A stretch of DNA of 63,850 nucleotides, filler included, from Reclinomonas americana ATCC 50394 (GCA_048213135.1; 9 parts of 4 records of this genome joined end to end with filler, not necessarily neighbours in it); one strand, 5' to 3'. Shown: positions 25,794 through 39,132, numbered from the whole stretch's first letter. The notes: generated by a model not told the origin, from the sequence alone. Numbers and translations: made by a program.

Positions 25794-27056
25794 CTAACTG
25801 TCCTCTTCCAATGCAGATCCGGATCCCGAGGAGAGACAGAGTTGGCGATACAGTTCCACGTACTGCAATCGCACGGCCGCATCGTACTCCTCCTCATCGT
25901 AATCCGCCGCATCGACGACGACTGACTGCGGCGACCGCATGGAGCAAATGTACGCGGCGGGGCCATGCTGTGTTTTCGCCAACTCGCGTCCACACAGCGC
26001 TGGCGCAGCATGCAGAGGTCAGTGGACTGCTGCCTGCCCCCTCACATGCACGCACACACACACACCTTCCGACAGCGTCCACTGACTGTGGCTCTCGGGC
26101 GCCTTGACGTCCAGAACAACGGTCTCTCCACTCTCAACGCCCACGTCGCTCAGTGGCCTGTCCATGTCGGCCGCCGTGGTCGTCAGTGCGCGCGCGAGCG
26201 TGTACGAAGTCCCGCCTCGCACCAGCGTCGTGATTGTTAGCCACACGCGCACCTCGGCATCCTCGTCGACTCCCAGCAGCGCTCTCATTGAGCCGAGAAC
26301 GGCGCGCAGCGGGTCACCGCGAGAGCATCGGAGGTGGACGGGATTGGCGCGACCAGCAAAGAGTGTCGAGCACAGCATGACCTTGAGCGTGAGCGGATAC
26401 GTCTCGATCTGTGGCACAGAGTGTCGTCCCACGGAGATCACTGGGCGCACAATGGTTGGCCCACCACCGAACCTGTGTGCGAGTGTGTAAGTAAAAGCGA
26501 TGCCAATCCTTTCACGGCAATGCTGTCAGACACAAACCATTCGAACAGCAGTTCCCATAGTCGCTCACAAACGGTGACAAAGTCCACCGAGTCAAAGAGT
26601 TGTGGCTTCAGCTCCACATAGCCATCCGCGTCGACCCGGCGCACAAGCGAGTGATTGGCGATCGGCCCCGGATGATCTGGATCCGAACACACCACGAAAA
26701 TGTCAAACAAAAACCGGACGACACCACCCCATGCATCCCGGCACTCTCTCCTCACTCGCCACTGACCTCCGGCGACCGACTCCCAGTCGTCGTCCTCGGA
26801 CAAATCCAGTCTGGCGTGATTGAGAAACCTCTGGAACCACTGGATCTCCACGACAAACCACGCGGTGTCGACCTGCAGTCGCGAAGCAAAGTAGAACATT
26901 TTGGGTGAGAAAGAGATTGCGACGGCGCCCGGGCCCCGGGGTACAGAGACTCACCTGTGGTTGCACGGCCAGGAGTTCCCTCACCAGCTGCCGTTGCGCA
27001 TGCACAATCGACGCATCCTCACGGCCGTGAAACTCCGACATGCTCATAGCTGTCAT
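25794..27056 (-). CDS. DUSP plus ubiquitin-like domain protein (USP4/11/15 N-terminus-like), no catalytic USP domain seen
   Basis: AWFVVEIQWFQRF…HPGPIANHSLV…LKPQLFDSVDFVTVCERLWELLFEW/FGGGPTIVRPVI…QIETYPLTLKV…EVRVWL…LSDVGVESGETVVLDVK; ends …SALEEDS*. Confidence 0.75.
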
Positions 27057-27228
27057 CACCAAGAATGGTTGCAAACGCGGGAAGGAGAAAGACTGAGCGA
27101 GAACAATGGCGAGAGTGCGAGGATTATCACTCTACCCTGCTCTCTCTCACTGACAAGGAAAAGAAAATACAAACAAGACACACAAACCCGGCAGACACCA
27201 CAAACATGACGGGTCCAACAATGCGCAT

Positions 27229-29153
27229 TCACTGTGTCCCACCGCCACGGTTCGCCGACAGTCGGAGAACCTGCGCTTCCAGCACCGCAATAGTAGTCTG
27301 TGCCACGCTCAACTGCGCCCGCAGTGCCTCATTCTCCGCCACGCGCTCCGCCGTGATTCGTCTCTGTTCCTCCAACTGCTCACGTAACCGGCGAGTTTCG
27401 CGTTCGTGAGCGTCAGCTGTCGCTCTCAGCTGCACCTCGTGCATCCACAATCGCCGGTCTCGCAAGGCCAGCACATTCGCATCCTCCGATTCCGACGGCG
27501 CATCTGCAGTGGCGAGAGACGCAAACGGGTTTGGAACGCTGCGCACGCCGCCGGCAAAGGTGCTCCGCTCATTTCCAACCGCCGCTGTTGCCGCCGATGC
27601 CGCTGCCGCCGCCGCCGCCGCAGCGGCAGCAGCAGCAGCACCGGCCATACGCCATGGAGGGATACCGGAAGGCTGATTGCTGCCGGCAAATGGATTATCA
27701 ACGCTCCGCTCACGATCATTTCCAGGTGCAGGCGTTGGATTCGGTAATCGATACATCAGTGGAGGCGGCGGGCCAGCCTCCGACGCCAACGCGCTGACCG
27801 AGGGTGGCGGGAAAGGTGGAGATGGCGGACGCCATGGGGACGGTGGATGCCGTGGTGGAGATGGTGGACTAAAACGCACATCGCCATATCGCCGTGGAGA
27901 GTGTGACCCACGCGCACCGTCGACTGCGTTCTCGCCGCCGCCGCCGCCGCCGTCGCCGCTGCCGGCAGCCACCCGCCTGCTGATCATGACCAGACCCTGT
28001 CGCCTAATGTCGAGCAAAGCAGCTCGGGGATCCGACAGTAGCGACGGCCCTGAATCTCCACGATTGTTCACCACCTCGGNNNNNNNNNNNNNNNNNNNNN
28101 NNNNNNNNNNNNNNNNNNNNNNNTTAATTAATTAANNNNNNNNNNNNNNNNNNNNNNNNNNNNNNNNNNNNNNNNNNNNGCTGCACGTACACACAAAACC
28201 CCCGAGCAACATGTGAATGCGGCAAGCACAGAGCGATGAAGTGCGATATCTCACGTACGTGGTGGTCCGGCACGGCCATCGGCCAGAGTCCACGTGCCGT
28301 CGTCTGCCATCGTGTCGACCACATAGAACACATCGCTGACCGGTAAGCCGTGCATCGAGTACAAGCATCGATCCATCGAGCGCGCGGGCACCTGCCGATA
28401 CGAGAAGCGCCCGTCAAACAACCACAGGCGCGATTCAGCGTTCTCGACCTCGCCAAACGACGCCTTGATGCCCTCCATGACCTCGCGCAGCGTGGCGGCC
28501 TTGGAGAACACCAAGTCACGAGTCTCCGACGGCCGTCGCGCCAGCCGGCACTGAAGACACAGCGGCTGCACCTCCACTTGCGCGACGCCCTCCGGCGATA
28601 CCACTCTCGCTTCCCGTCGCATGGCCGGACCGCCGCCATACCTGGAGCGCAACAGAGTGAGCGTGCGAGCGACAGAGAGCGCGCGCGCTCTGTCACAATA
28701 GGCGCACCATGCGACGAGCTTCAGCCACAATGCCTCGGTGACAAGTCCAAAATGCACACCGTAGCTGCAGCTGTTCTTCAACACAGCAAACCCACTGTCG
28801 CACACTCGTGCAATCAGCGACTGGTTGTCGACAGGACCAGGGTTGACTGCGTGCCGCGAGTGGGAAACAGAACGAGGAGACCAGCAGCACTCTCTCTCTC
28901 TCTCTCACGCACCACAAGGAGGCTCGGATTCATCCGAGTCCGGCAGCGACAGCATGAGATACGTCTTCAAGCTCTGCCACCAGCCCCACTCCACGAGATA
29001 CCACACCGATCCATTCTGCCACGCACGTGAGTCACAAACGAGAGTGACGCTGACGGCGATGCGATGAGTAACTATGGGTGGCGCCAGACAGTCGGCAAAC
29101 AGCGGTCGCAGCTCTCGTCGCTGATCCCACACAAGCGGCACCGCGTTCTCCAT
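27229..29153 (-). CDS. Second DUSP plus ubiquitin-like domain protein with a probable Pro-rich/coiled-coil C-terminal exon across the gap
   Basis: VWYLVEWGWWQSLKTY…NPGPVDNQSLI…FGLVTEALWLKLVAW/YGGGPAMRR…QVEVQPLCL…FSKAATLREV…SRLWL…DDGTW. The ORF at 27229-28074 is Pro-rich with a coiled coil; its linkage across the gap is inferred. Confidence 0.65.
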
Positions 29154-29367
29154 GCTATGATCCAACGAAGTTGCGCGTGTCCTGATCGAAGTTGCTGCTC
29201 ATATCATCGCTTTACTGTCGAAGCTGCACGGTGAAAGTGTTATACGCACGCAGCGTGCAGCGATAAGACGGAAGGAAACGCGCGCGAAAAAAACAACGAA
29301 GAAAAGCCGGCGACGAAGCTCGCACGTGTCCTCCGACCACCAATCACGACGGACCGACAACGAAAGA

Positions 29368-32300
29368 ATGCACACGCGGTTGCGCGATGATATCTCGTCC
29401 AGTGGCGACCACCCGCACGATGACGATGCCGAGCAGCCGAGTGGTTCGGGAAGTGCACGTGTGGTAAGCAAAAGTGGTGGTGATGAGGAGGACTCGGTGC
29501 GGCATCGGCGGCGGCCACACGGTGGTGGGGCAGAGGGCAGCGATGAGGTGTTGATTCGCTTGGAGAATGTGCACAAGACGTATCTGTTGGGAGTGGAGGG
29601 AGTGCCTGCGTTGCGGTGAGTCAGGTGGGGTGGGGAGAGGGGAGAGGGGAGAGGGAGAGAATGCTTGGAGAATGAGCACAAGACGCGTATGTTGCAAGCA
29701 GTGCGAGGAGAGACAAGTGAGCTCACTTCTCCTCTTGTAGTCTCTGAACTGCTGGGCGCTCTGGTCTTGCACAGAAGCGAGAGAAAGCTTGAAGAACGAT
29801 GACATGAGTTGCAATCAGAGTGAGGAAAGTGAGCTTCCCCTCCTCGTGATCAGCTTCCACGCGGTCTCTGAAGTGCTTAGCACTCTGTATCGTGTCTTCA
29901 GTCTTGTGCAGAAGAGAGAGAAAGCTTGAAGAACAGTGACATGTGCTTCAAGCAGAGCGAGGAGAGGAAGGCGTTGACAAGTGAGCTTCTCCTCCTCGTG
30001 ATCAGTTTCCACGGGGTCTCTGAACTGCTGAGCGCTCTGGTGTGCAAAAGAGAGAGAAAGTTTGAAGAACGATGATATGTGCTTCAAGCACAGCGAGGAG
30101 AGGAAGGGTTGACAAGTGAGCTTCTCCTTCTCGTGGTCTCTGAACTGCTGAGTTGTGCCTTCGATCGTGAGCTTGCGTTTTCGTTGAGTTGTGTTTCACT
30201 CGAACTCCGTGATGAGTTTTGAACTGTGGATATTTGCTGATTCTGTTCATCCTCTCTCCCGTCCTCACTCCATTGTNNNNNNNNNNNNNNNNNNNNNNNN
30301 NNNNNNNNNNNNNNNNNNNNNNNNNNNNNNNNNNNNNNNNNNNNNNNNNNNNNNNNNNNNNNNNNNNNNNNNNNNNNNNNNNNNNNNNNNNNNNNNNNNN
30401 NNNNNNNNNNNNNNNNNNNNNNNNNNNNNNNNNNNNNNNNNNNNNNNNNNNNNNNNNNNNNNNNNNNNNNNNNNNNNNNNNNNNNNNNNNNNNNNNNNNN
30501 NNNNNNNNNNNNNNNNNNNNNNNNNNNNNNNNNNNNNNNNNNNNNNNNNNNNNNNNNNNNNNNNNNNNNNNNNNNNNNNNNNNNNNNNNNNNNNNNNNNN
30601 NNNNNNNNNNNNNNNNNNNNNNNNNNNNNNNNNNNNNNNNNNNNNNNNNNNNNNNNNNNNNNNNNNNNNNNNNNNNNNNNNNNNNNNNNNNNNNNNNNNN
30701 NNNNNNNNNNNNNNNNNNNNNNNNNNNNNNNNNNNNNNNNNNNNNNNNNNNNNNNNNNNNNNNNNNNNNNNNNNNNNNNNNNNNNNNNNNNNNNNNNNNN
30801 NNNNNNNNNNNNNNNNNNNNNNNNNNNNNNNNNNNNNNNNNNNNNNNNNNNNNNNNNNNNNNNNNNNNNNNNNNNNNNNNNNNNNNNNNNNNNNNNNNNN
30901 NNNNNNNNNNNNNNNNNNNNNNNTGCGACGCCAGCGTGTGGAGACGCAACAGACTGCGCAAGCGAATGCGAGCCAGATCGTCGTCCTTGGTGTTACGCGA
31001 CACGCCTGACACGAGAGAACCAGTGAGCGAGAGAGGGAGAGGGAGAGAGAGAGACGGAGAAGGCGACGCCAGCGTGTGGAGACGCAACGGAGACCACACA
31101 CGTCGACGGTGCCCTTGGTTGGTCTGTCGATGGTGCCGATGAGGTTGAGGAGCGTGGTCTTGCCGCCTGGATGCAGACGGGGTGAGTGCGTGCACACGCA
31201 GGGGGTGGGGAGGACTGGCCGTGTCACACACCGCCAGATTGGCCGTATACAATGATGAACTCGCCACGGCGCACCTCCAGAGAGACGCCACTGTCNNNNN
31301 NNNNNNNNNNNNNNNNNNNNNNNNNNNNNNNNNNNNNNNNNNNNNNNNNNNNNNNNNNNNNNNNNNNNNNNNNNNNNNNNNNNNNNNNNNNNNNNNNNNN
31401 NNNNNNNNNNNNNNNNNNNNNNNNNNNNNNNNNNNNNNNNNNNNNNNNNNNNNNNNNNNNNNNNNNNNNNNNNNNNNNNNNNNNNNNNNNNNNNNNNNNN
31501 NNNNNNNNNNNNNNNNNNNNNNNNNNNNNNNNNNNNNNNNNNNNNNNNNNNNNNNNNNNNNNNNNNNNNNNNNNNNNNNNNNNNNNNNNNNNNNNNNNNN
31601 NNNNNNNNNNNNNNNNNNNNNNNNNNNNNNNNNNNNNNNNNNNNNNNNNNNNNNNNNNNNNNNNNNNNNNNNNNNNNNNNNNNNNNNNNNNNNNNNNNNN
31701 NNNNNNNNNNNNNNNNNNNNNNNNNNNNNNNNNNNNNNNNNNNNNNNNNNNNNNNNNNNNNNNNNNNNNNNNNNNNNNNNNNNNNNNNNNNNNNNNNNNN
31801 NNNNNNNNNNNNNNNNNNNNNNNNNNNNNNNNNNNNNNNNNNNNNNNNNNNNNNNNNNNNNNNNNNNNNNNNNNNNNNNNNNNNNNNNNNNNNNNNNNNN
31901 NNNNNNNNNNNNNNNNNNNNNNNNNNNNNNNNNNNNNNNNNNNNNNNNNNNNNTCTTTCCCTCTCTCTCTCTCTCGTCACTCACCAGCTGCACAGCGGAT
32001 TTGTTTTCCAAACCTTCAATCTCCTCTCGTCGTTGACTGCGCTGGAGAACGTGGAGATGCCGATGATTCTCGACGGGCGGTTGGACCGGCGGCATCGGAA
32101 TCGGCGCGCTCTGGGTTGCGTCTGCCACTGCGGCTGCGCTTCACTGTCGTGGTTGTGCTTATCTCTGCTGCAGCGTTGTTGGATCGCTTCGGCATGGAGA
32201 AGCGCACGAACCATTTGCCGTCGATGCTCTCTGGCGGTGAACAGCAGCGTGTGACCATTGCTCGGTCGCTGGCCAACGGGCCGGAATTGTTGCTATTGGA

Positions 32301-33324
32301 TGAGGTGTGTGAGCGAGAGACAGAGTTAATACGAGTGCCAAGGACGCTCATTCTCTCGTGGAACAGCCCACTGGCGATCTCGACTCACGCAACACGCTCA
32401 TTGTGCTCGACATGTTGGCCGAGTTGAACAGAGACGGTTCGTGTCCTATACTTTGCCGCTTTTCCCCTCTCTCGACGCAAGCTTCCTCACGTCCCACCCA
32501 GGCATCACACTGGTGATGGTCACACACGACCCCAATGTGAAGAATCTCGCACATCGTGTCGTCTACATGATCGACGGCAAGATCAATCGCATCGAGACCA
32601 TCGCTCCCGAGACGCGCCAGGAGTTTGTCGACGATTTGCATCGCGATGCGGAAGTTGAGTGATGATAGGAGCATTTGCTTCGCTGTCGTCATGTCCGTCT
32701 TTGCATCTTGCGTTGTTTGTCACTGTCACGTCCGCCGTATGCTCACAACTCTGATCGCCGCCACCGCAAGGCAATTCGGATGGGTCAGGGCCAAGAACGA
32801 CGCATTGGCGGGCAACGCACCGAGGTCCGCAAGGCGAGGGATTACGCACACTTTGCGCGCGACGTTGCACTGGAGGAGCCGCCTGCTGCCGAAGTCACGG
32901 TGTCGGCCGGTACAATGAGCGCAGTTTCGTCATGTTTTGTTTCTCTCTCTTTCAAAGGGGTTTCTCGAGCTGTTTGGCACACTTGTACTCTGCACGCGAG
33001 ACTGCCAGCAAAAGCGCGCTCCTCTGGAGACCAGAGTGCACCTTATCACGCTGTGTGCTCGCTCGCTAATCTCTGTCAATGTGCTCTCTTGCTTGTCATC
33101 GCTTCCCTCCTCGCGGTGTTTTGCTCTGTTCGGGAGTGCTGCTTCTCACCGCGTGCTGTGTATTCATTCAGGCCGCGTCTCGTCCGCGTGGCGCCGCTAC
33201 ACTTCTCCTGGAAGACGAGACTGACGAAGAGCGCGACCGCCGCAACGCAGACCTGTACCGCCAAGCCGCTGCAGCTTTCTTTCAGCCAAGTGGCAGTGCC
33301 GCTGCATCCTCGGCCACCCCATGA
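29368..33324 (+). CDS. Stand-alone ABC ATPase (LolD/MacB-like nucleotide-binding domain; Dictyostelium AbcH-like); contig 30924-31295 is inverted
   Basis: [21 protein letters not shown]; Walker [25 protein letters not shown] on the inverted contig; [10 protein letters not shown]…TALENV; signature [13 protein letters not shown]; Walker B LLLLDE/PTGDLD; H-loop VTHD. Confidence 0.9.
29690..30150. repeat. Intronic tandem repeat, 3-4 diverged copies of about 130-150 bp
   Basis: Recurrent gacaagtgagct…tctctgaactgctg…gagagaaagcttgaagaac…atgtgcttcaagc in intron 1 of the ABC gene. Confidence 0.75.
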
Positions 33325-33881
33325 GGGTCGAGGCAGACAGACTAGTCAGCAGGTACTTGAAAATGGAGGATGAGATGCTCCGTCAAATATTTGCTGCATT
33401 CGTCTGACACAGAAGTCAAGTGTTGTGAGATGCACAAGGAACGCTCAGGGACAGGCAAGGGAGAGTTTGCTCATGAATGAGTTGCATTTCATCGTGCTCA
33501 TCCACAAGATGGCAGTAGTGTCTCTGGAGATGGAGTGCAAGTTGCCACAAACATGGTGTCATTGAGTGGCTGCACTCGCGGCCTATAAAGCAACACACAG
33601 GCACACACAGACATGCATGTCAGGAAGCTGAACAACAAATCGACAGCTGGACACATCACAGACCTGGACAGCCGCGGCCACTTCAAGTTCACCGACGGGT
33701 TGTGGACGGGCGGTGTCTGTTGACGCAACGGACGGCACCGACACCGACATGGCGTGCTGCACACTCCACAAAGTCAATCATNNNNNNNNNNNNNNNNNNN
33801 NNNNNNNNNNNNNNNNNNNNNNNNNTTAATTAATTAANNNNNNNNNNNNNNNNNNNNNNNNNNNNNNNNNNNNNNNNNNNN

Positions 33882-34925
33882 GTGTTTGGCCTTGGCTTTT
33901 TGGGGTGGAACGAAGAGTTCAGGCGGCTGCAGTACAAGAGAGAAGTCAGCCACCCAATGCCCAAGTGATACGTGAACGTTGGCTCACGCGCGCGTGTACG
34001 TACCCGATACCCAAGCGTCCCAGTGCCGAGTCCGGTAGTGGCGGAAGAGAATGAGCTCGCGTAGCCGTCTTCGTCCAATACGTTGATGAAGGAAAAATCA
34101 CCGAGCACCGCCCTCCCGAGCTCGCGACTGTAGAACACGATGCCGATTCGCACATCACCGTGCACGAAACCATAGCCGACCTGGTGCACATACGCAAGTG
34201 CTCGAGTGACGACGGTCATGTACTGCCGCACTTCAGCCTCGTTGAATGGATCCGGAACGTCGTTGCCGTAGAACGGCATCGTGAAACCGAACCACTGCGG
34301 ATGCTCTCGGTTCCACCCATGTGCGAGTACGGTGGGCAGAAAGTCGACCTCGTGGCTCAGCAGTCTGTTATGCATCAGCATGACTTCAGAACGCGCCGCG
34401 TTGCCTGCGGCCGACTGGCTCCACACCCACTTGGTGACCAAGCACCGCTCTGAATTCATGAGGCAAGTCAGGGCCACACAGCAACATGTTGTTGCACTAC
34501 GCGCAGTGCGCGGACGCACCCTTGTCGAGAACCACGTGCATGTCGTCGCGAGAAGAGGCAACGCGACATACCTCACGTTGACCTGAATAAAGCACCGTAA
34601 TACCAGAGGGGCGTGCCACGCCCGCAACTGGCAAGTGAAGCAGAGCGTCTTCGTTGTCGCACACATCGATATCGGAATAGCTAATAATCCTACGGTACGC
34701 CACTTTGTCAAGGAAACCTGCGGAGGAGATCTCCTTCTCGCCTCGATCAGAGGACCCAAAAGAGAGACTGGCCAACGACTTGGCCACGGCGACAGTCTTC
34801 GCCAAGCGATCTTCCGACAACGCCGCCAGAGCAAGACGCGCTGTCCTGTGGACGGCCCGGAAGATCCGCAGCTGCGCTCCCAGCAACGATCGCACAGAGC
34901 CAACCTCTGTGCAAGCATCGATTGA
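33882..34925 (-). CDS. Divergent protein kinase-like domain (possible pseudokinase); partial, bounded by gaps
   Basis: LVTKW (Lys), RSEVMLM (helix C Glu), RALAYVHQVGYGFVHGDVRIGIV (catalytic loop), AVLGDFSF, GTGTLGYR/PPELF. Confidence 0.7.
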
Positions 34926-35492
34926 NNNNNNNNNNNNNNNNNNNNNNNNNNNNNNNNNNNNNNNNNNNNNNNNNNNNNNNNNNNNNNNNNNNNNNNNNNN
35001 NNNNNNNNNNNNNNNNNNNNNNNNNNNNNNNNNNNNNNNNNNNNNNNNNNNNNNNNNNNNNNNNNNNNNNNNNNNNNNNNNNNNNNNNNNNNNNNNNNNN
35101 NNNNNNNNNNNNNNNNNNNNNNNNNNNNNNNNNNNNNNNNNNNNNNNNNNNNNNNNNNNNNNNNNNNNNNNNNNNNNNNNNNNNNNNNNNNNNNNNNNNN
35201 NNNNNNNNNNNNNNNNNNNNNNNNNNNNNNNNNNNNNNNNNNNNNNNNNNNNNNNNNNNNNNNNNNNNNNNNNNNNNNNNNNNNNNNNNNNNNNNNNNNN
35301 NNNNNNNNNNNNNNNNNNNNNNNNNNNNNNNNNNNNNNNNNNNNNNNNNNNNNNNNNNNNNNNNNNNNNNNNNNNNNNNNNNNNNNNNNNNNNNNNNNNN
35401 NNNNNNNNNNNNNNNNNNNNNNNNNNNNNNNNNNNNNNNNNNNNNNNNNNNNNNNNNNNNNNNNNNNNNNNNNNNNNNNNNNNNNNNNNNNN

Positions 35493-37502
35493 CAATCAAC
35501 TCATCGCATTCTTCGCACGCTGTGGAACAACAACGTATGCATGCAGGAGACGCAACTGCAACGACCTTCTTCGAAATCCCAGATGCCGACTACGGTCACG
35601 ACAACGCCATCAACAGTCATCGCTGCACCCCTTCTGCCTGCGTCGTTACTGTGCGCGCGTGCCGCAAACCGCCACAGCGACATCCCGAGAGGCAGGACGA
35701 GCCAGCTGAAAAAAGCAATGTCACCAGATGCTGTGGCTGCCGGCTGATCAATTGTCTCCACAAGCTTCCGCAGGCAGACGCAGCCGTTGATGAGGTTCTT
35801 GACAAAGTCGATGTGGAAGGCGGTGCTGCTGAACAGGCGCTGGAACGACGGGAAATCGTAGCTGCATTACCACAAGTGAGTGAACATGGAGAGAGAGAGA
35901 GAGAGACAGAATAAGAAACTGAGTGGCTACCTGGACTGCAGGTCCCCGTAATTCGCTTGCAATGCTGCCTCAACCGCCACAAAGTTGACACCGAGTCGGC
36001 ACGGAAGATGGACAACCAAGTCGGCCCGCTGTGCTGTGGTCCCTTCCGCCACTGCATGCGACACGTGTCGTGTGTGGTGAGACAATGGTCTCACACAATA
36101 GAGAAGAAAGAATAATTAAACAACGCACACAAACAGTCCAGCTCAGCGCAAAACAATGCGGGCAACGTGTGTGCGAATGGCTCGGTCAGCACTTTGGACA
36201 ACAGCGCAACCATGGTCATCTCGTTGTAGACCGCTGCGCAGACTGATGAGGGAAATGTGCAGGCGAGACACAGCAATCCGCTGACGCTCACGTACGCACC
36301 GCAATACTTTTTGCGTAACCATTCGCACTTGTCGAACATCGACAACATCTGGTGCAAACCAATCGTTGCGTGATGCAAGAATCGCGCTTCCTCGGGGGGC
36401 AGATTGGTACCCGGCCCGTGCAAGTTGAATATGTCCTCAATCTCCGCGCTGTACAGAAACGCAGTGAGGAGCTGGCTGTGTGCACGAAAGTAGTGTGCGA
36501 CGACGCAACGGTACTTGATTCAGGTCCACCGTTTGAACACGTCGCTCTGCCATGCTGGCCAGAGCAGTGACAAACTCTTCTTCTGCACTTGTCAGCGGTG
36601 GCGCCCATGCGCCATCGTGCGGGTCTACGAAAGTTGGTACATGTCTTGTTTCGAGGCGCTCTCTGGCACTGAAGGTCGGAGCTTTCATCACGTCTGCGCA
36701 CAGCACGACGAAGCACGAGGTGTGTCAATGTCAGACAGCAGCAGTAGGAGAGTCGGCGAGTACAAACCGCGCTGCAACTGCTGGCTGTACTGCGGCAACG
36801 TTGGGTCACCGTCACAACCAATGTCATCACGCCACCGCCAGTGGCATCTGAATAGGTCTCGCGCATCGGCCTCGGTTCTCACCCTGGGCATCATGTGCTG
36901 CACACTGTTGGCAGGAGGGGGCATACTCATGCCGGCTTGCGCTGCCGCGTCGGTGAGCACGTGGAGAGCAGTGTCCTCGTCCAGTCTCAATCGGGCCGTA
37001 GAGAGCAAGACGATGCACAGTTCGATGACTGTTGATAATGGGTGCAGGAGTAAGCATTTTTTGCGCGTCTAATTCAACGAACACACACGGTGTCGCACAC
37101 ACTGTTGCGGTCCAAGCGCCTTTCTTCCCAACCGATTCCCAGCCGGTAGAGACCATCTTCAACTATCAGTTGTACACAGCCCGTCGCTGCGACAGACGGA
37201 GAAGTGAGAGCGTCAGTAACTGCATTTGTGGTTCCCTCCCTGCAACATTCCCGAAACAAACCTGCATCAATGTCCTGCACCCTCAGATCCGCCACCGCAG
37301 CGAGGGACATGCGGAAAGCACGGCAGAAGCGTTCGGCTGCCAGGCAGATTACATAGTAAACACAGAGCGGGAGAGAGCACCAGAGGGCGATGTTGACGAT
37401 CGTTTGTATGAGGATGATGACACACCTTCCTCCTTGGCGAACGTGCGAAAAACCTTGACACGGTCATCTGGCTCACGCAGACGCCGCAGAGCTTCCGTCA
37501 TG
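35493..37502 (-). CDS. Uncharacterised spliced coding region, possibly the N-terminal part of the kinase gene
   Basis: Several minus-strand exon-like segments with GT/AG ends. No family recognised and the frames are not fully resolved. Confidence 0.3.
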
Positions 37503-37964
37503 GCGATCGATGGTGGCTGACGTCGGTGGGATGGCAGAGAAGTGATTGCGCTCTCGGAAGGAGCAGCAGTCATCAGCGCTGCGGAAAAGGATATCGATGG
37601 TTGACAATGGGAGAGAGCCACTAAGCAACAAGGGGAGAAGAACTCGCCCGACTGCTCACTCTTTCCGTCACCACTTCCTTCAGCGCACTCCATCGTGTGG
37701 CGAGAACACACACTCGAGTTGCACAGAAGTGTGGTGTGACTTTCGCGGACTGAAGGTCAGCCAAAGTGTGTTTACACAACAAAAAAATGTGGCAAGGACT
37801 GTCGGACACGAAGAAGTTCAGTCGAAGTACTCTCTCTCTCACACACATACACACACACACCTTTCTCATCTCTCCTGCACGTTGCTCAATGCTGTCACTT
37901 GGTCAATCTCCAATAAGTCTCCGAAACTCAGTTCTCATCACGCACCGTCGCCTTCGTTCCATTC

Positions 37965-39083
37965 TCAGCAAATGATACCCACGTTCGGCACTGCGCGAGT
38001 GGAGTCTGCGGGTACAGGTCGGCCTTCTGTTCGTAGAATCTCCAGCATGCTCTGCTCTCTATCGATTCCCGATGGTGAGAGTAAGACAGGGAGAGCAGGA
38101 GGAAAAGAAAAAGATGACAAACGAAGAGGTAAGGAGAGAAAGGAGTGATTAATGAAGAACTTGTGGGAGAGAGGGGGAGAGAGAAAGTAGTGAAGAGAGA
38201 GGAATAATAACTGGTCATACACAACAATGAGCATCTATAAGTGATCGCCAACTAGTCTCGTGTGCTTTCGTTCTACAACTAAAACTGTTAGAGTGTGTTA
38301 TCGATGTCGAGAATAAAGCCCTAAAGAAAACAATGAATAAGAAGGAGAGGCTCTCTCTTGAGCTTCTCTCCTCTTCAAGCCCCCTCAGTGTACTTCTTTG
38401 CCTGCCTCAGCTGCTCGCTTTCTCTCTGCTGACATGACACTTGCATCTCACCTCCAGCTCCTCCTCAAAGACGTGACCGAACCAACGTCGATCTGTTCCA
38501 CCAAGTCGCGGAAGCCTCCTTTCAGCGCACGCACGCACACACGAAAAAAGTGCAGAAAAGGGGAAAGCTGTCCACGAACGACTGTGCTTCACTTTTCCCC
38601 ACCACTATCCTCCCCCTGCTCACGGAGCAGCACATCACGAGGCAGCGCTCTTCGTTTGCTGGCCTCCTCCTCCACTGTGTCCATCGCGGCCTGCTCACAT
38701 TCAGCGAGAGAAGGAAGAGAGAGAATCAAACTCCTTCTCTGACTCACCGCCTCCTGCAACATTCGTTGCACCTCCTCTGCATCGCCATCAGCCAGTGCAT
38801 AGAACACACAGTCGCCTCTTGTGTTGCCACTGCTACCACCACCTGTCCGTCTCTGCTCGTCCACATACGCGCGAATCGATCGCTCATTGAGCGCGATGAG
38901 TTGCTCATCAGTGAGCTCTTCTTCCTCGTCACAGTCGTCATCATCTGCCGAGTCCTCCTTGTCTCTGTCCATGGGGAGTGCGCGGTCGTCGCTCATGTGT
39001 TGCGTGGTCTTTGTTGATAATGGGACTCGGGGACGAGAAGAGGAACGTCGCGGCTTCGTCTCCTGAACGTTGGCCTCTTCCAC
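37965..39083 (-). CDS. Uncharacterised acidic protein
   Basis: ORF MSDDRALPMDRDKEDSADDDD…LTDEQLIALNERSIRAYV… with downstream exon-like pieces. Confidence 0.3.
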
Positions 39084-39132
39084 ACAGCTCTGACATCAAC
39101 AACATGCGCTTTACCAACTCCCCCCCTTATCA

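Noticed and set aside
38780..38830. RGDCVFYALA resembling an OTU protease catalytic Cys motif
   Set aside because: Isolated short match; no downstream WG or HY motif was identified.
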